64,000 bases of DNA from Candidatus Omnitrophota bacterium. Its GTDB lineage: Bacteria > Omnitrophota > Gorgyraeia > Gygaellales > Profunditerraquicolaceae. A program made the translations under genes and the position numbers. Position 1 is the stretch's first letter, and the number at the start of each line of letters is the position of its first letter. The notes under the pieces are model-generated. The model worked only from the letters and a program-made list of their open reading frames with translations. It searched no databases and was not told where the DNA came from. Shown in pieces: positions 62,310 to 64,000 of this stretch. Location of the stretch: positions 8,680-72,679 of the forward strand of contig JAQTPA010000002.1 in the NCBI GenBank assembly GCA_028713155.1. Reading direction: 5' to 3'.

Positions 62310-62898
62310 GAAGATTATCGTCGGGCTTACCGGTAGTTTTGGCAGCGGTAAGAGTACCGTGGCGGGTATTTTTGCTTCTTCCGGAGCGAAAGTCATTGAT
62401 GCCGACAGAATAGCGCACGCTTCTCTCCGGCGCGGGAGCAGAGTTTATAAAAAAGTAGTTTCCAGCTTTGGCCCTGGTATATTAGGAAAGAATAAGGAGA
62501 TCGACCGTCGCAGGCTTGCCGGGATTGTTTTCAATAATAAAAAATGCCTGAAGCGGTTAAACGCCATTATTCACCCGGAAGTAATCCGTATTATAAAAGC
62601 AAAAATTAACAGCATAAAGAAAGGAGTGGTTATTCTGGACGCGCCTTTGCTGTTAGAGGCGAACCTTAAAAGTACTCTAGACTGCCTGGTTGTGGTAAAG
62701 ATCGATAAGGATAAGCAGTTTAGCCGCCTGATCAAGAAAACATCTTTAAAGCGGGCAGATATCCTGAAAAGAATAAAATCTCAGATTTCGCAGGACGCCA
62801 GGGAGCGCCTTGCGGATTTTATCATAAATAACAGCGGTTCATTAATGAATACACGGAAACAAGTAGCGCAAATAAGGAGGAAGTTGTGGAAAAATTAG
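62287..62898 (+). CDS. coaE: Dephospho-CoA kinase
   Basis: [13 protein letters not shown]-loop; 203 aa. Confidence 0.85.
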   Translation: MPRLRKNKKIIVGLTGSFGSGKSTVAGIFASSGAKVIDADRIAHASLRRGSRVYKKVVSSFGPGILGKNKEIDRRRLAGIVFNNKKCLKRLNAIIHPEVIRIIKAKINSIKKGVVILDAPLLLEANLKSTLDCLVVVKIDKDKQFSRLIKKTSLKRADILKRIKSQISQDARERLADFIINNSGSLMNTRKQVAQIRRKLWKN

Positions 62899-64000
62899 AT
62901 ATCAAAAATTTAAAAGATATGAAGATCACCGAACTCAATAAGCTGGCCAAAGAGCTCAATGCCAACGGTACCAGCGGCCTGAAAAAACAGGATTTGATTT
63001 TCAAGATCCTGCAGGCGCAGGCGGAAAAGGAAGGCCTGATGTTCGGGGAGGGGGTCCTGGAGATATTGCCGGAAGGGTTCGGGTTTTTGAGAAGCCCGAA
63101 TTACAATTATCTTCCCTGTCCGGATGACATCTACATATCTCCGTCGCAGATCAGAAAGTTTGATTTAAGGACAGGAGATACGGTTTCCGGACAGATCCGT
63201 CCGCCCAAGGAAGGCGAAAAATATTTTGCCCTGCTTAAGGTGGAAGCGGTGAACTTTGAAAACCCCGAAGAGGTAAAGGAAAAAGTCCTTTTTGATAACC
63301 TTACCCCGGTTTATCCGCAGCAGGCGTTTAACCTGGAAACCAAGCCTGATGAGATATCCATGCGCATAATGAATCTCCTTGCTCCTATCGGTAAGGGGCA
63401 GCGCGGTTTGATTGTTGCCCAGCCCTATAGCGGCAAGACCGTACTGCTGCAGAAGCTCGGTAATGCCATAACTACCAATAACCCGGATGCTATTCTGATT
63501 GTCCTCTTGATTGACGAGCGCCCGGAAGAGGTTACGGACATGCAGCGGCATGTGAAGGGAGAAGTCATCTCTTCCACGTTTGATGAGCCTCCGGAGAGGC
63601 ATATTCAGGTAGCTGAGATTGTTTTGGAAAAAGCCAAGAGATTGGTCGAGCATAAGCGCGATGTAGTGGTATTACTGGATAGCATTACGCGTCTGGCTCG
63701 CGCCTATAATTCGGTTATCCCGCATAGCGGCAAGGTTCTTTCCGGCGGTATTGATTCCAATGCCCTGCAGAAGCCCAAGAGGTTCTTTGGGGCGGCCCGG
63801 GCGGTTGAGGAAGGCGGAAGCCTGACGATTATCGCGACGGCTCTGGTGGATACGGGAAGCCGGATGGACGAAGTTATCTTCGAAGAATTTAAGGGCACCG
63901 GCAATATGGAAACCCAGCTTGACCGGAACCTCTTCCAGCGCAGGATTTATCCGGCAATCGATATCAAGCGTTCCAATACGCGCCACGAGGAGCTTCTGGT
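62886..64000 (+). CDS. rho: Transcription termination factor Rho (3' end outside window)
   Basis: A GTG start follows the RBS aaggagg. RKFDLRTGD marks the cold-shock-like RNA-binding domain, [17 protein letters not shown] the P-loop, and [23 protein letters not shown] follows. No stop codon is reached, and the gene is not in the supplied ORF track because it is truncated. Confidence 0.9.
   Translation, partial: MEKLDIKNLKDMKITELNKLAKELNANGTSGLKKQDLIFKILQAQAEKEGLMFGEGVLEILPEGFGFLRSPNYNYLPCPDDIYISPSQIRKFDLRTGDTVSGQIRPPKEGEKYFALLKVEAVNFENPEEVKEKVLFDNLTPVYPQQAFNLETKPDEISMRIMNLLAPIGKGQRGLIVAQPYSGKTVLLQKLGNAITTNNPDAILIVLLIDERPEEVTDMQRHVKGEVISSTFDEPPERHIQVAEIVLEKAKRLVEHKRDVVVLLDSITRLARAYNSVIPHSGKVLSGGIDSNALQKPKRFFGAARAVEEGGSLTIIATALVDTGSRMDEVIFEEFKGTGNMETQLDRNLFQRRIYPAIDIKRSNTRHEELL

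Noticed and set aside
62894-64000. Minus-strand ORFs 63165-63653 and 63672-63986
   Set aside because: They are antisense to an unmistakable rho coding sequence on the + strand.

Overview
This 64-kb window is a gene-dense bacterial chromosomal segment, almost entirely on the + strand, from a Gram-negative-type organism that carries lipid A/LPS genes, a type IV pilin-like gene, a GH57 glycogen branching enzyme and Wood-Ljungdahl enzymes. No rRNA, tRNA or CRISPR array was detected. All calls rest on reading the supplied translations and the nucleotide sequence; no searches were run.

Gene content in order:
- 1-10.6 kb: LPS/lipid A module. lpxK, an LpxL-type acyltransferase fused to an ELM1/DUF1022-like domain, a GT4-GT9 fusion, a GT4, a NodB deacetylase, a GT9 heptosyltransferase, a tandem double-GT9 protein and a co-transcribed pilin-like gene.
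- 10.9-17.5 kb: heptose/KDO/LPS-export block. A deoxyhypusine-synthase-like protein, heptose-7-P kinase, kdsB, kdsA, kdsD, kdsC, an LptC/LptA-like protein and lptB.
- 17.5-26 kb: tig lacking the PPIase domain, clpP, serC-like, serA, a secreted degenerate 5'-nucleotidase-like protein, an HMGL-like protein and purA.
- 26-30 kb: OmpA-family lipoprotein, a coiled-coil protein, DUF4912 and a GH57 branching enzyme.
- 30-45.6 kb: uppS-cdsA-dxr-rseP-ispG-proS, rimP-nusA-infB, trpS, scpA, ruvB, queH, two unknowns and queA.
- 45.6-48.9 kb: an AT-rich accessory islet between queA and tgt. It holds an excisionase-like HTH gene, a class II Fic gene, a flavodoxin-like gene and a small membrane protein.
- 48.9-64 kb: tgt, trmD, rplS, rnhB, yraN, a C1/Wood-Ljungdahl block (fchA-like, folD, metF, acsB with an N-terminal extension), a TPR protein, polA, glgA, coaE and partial rho.

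The strongest unexplained signal is a family of ~90-bp palindromic repeats. One full copy lies at 10.68 kb and an inverted copy directly after queA. A third copy appears split around the flavodoxin-like gene, and shorter degenerate fragments occur nearby. Together they border the Fic islet.

Other notable points:
- Several unusual domain fusions sit in the LPS cluster.
- A secreted 5'-nucleotidase homologue has substitutions in all three metal-ligand motifs.
- A trigger factor appears to lack its PPIase domain.
- acsB has no CODH/CFeSP neighbours and is translationally coupled to metF.
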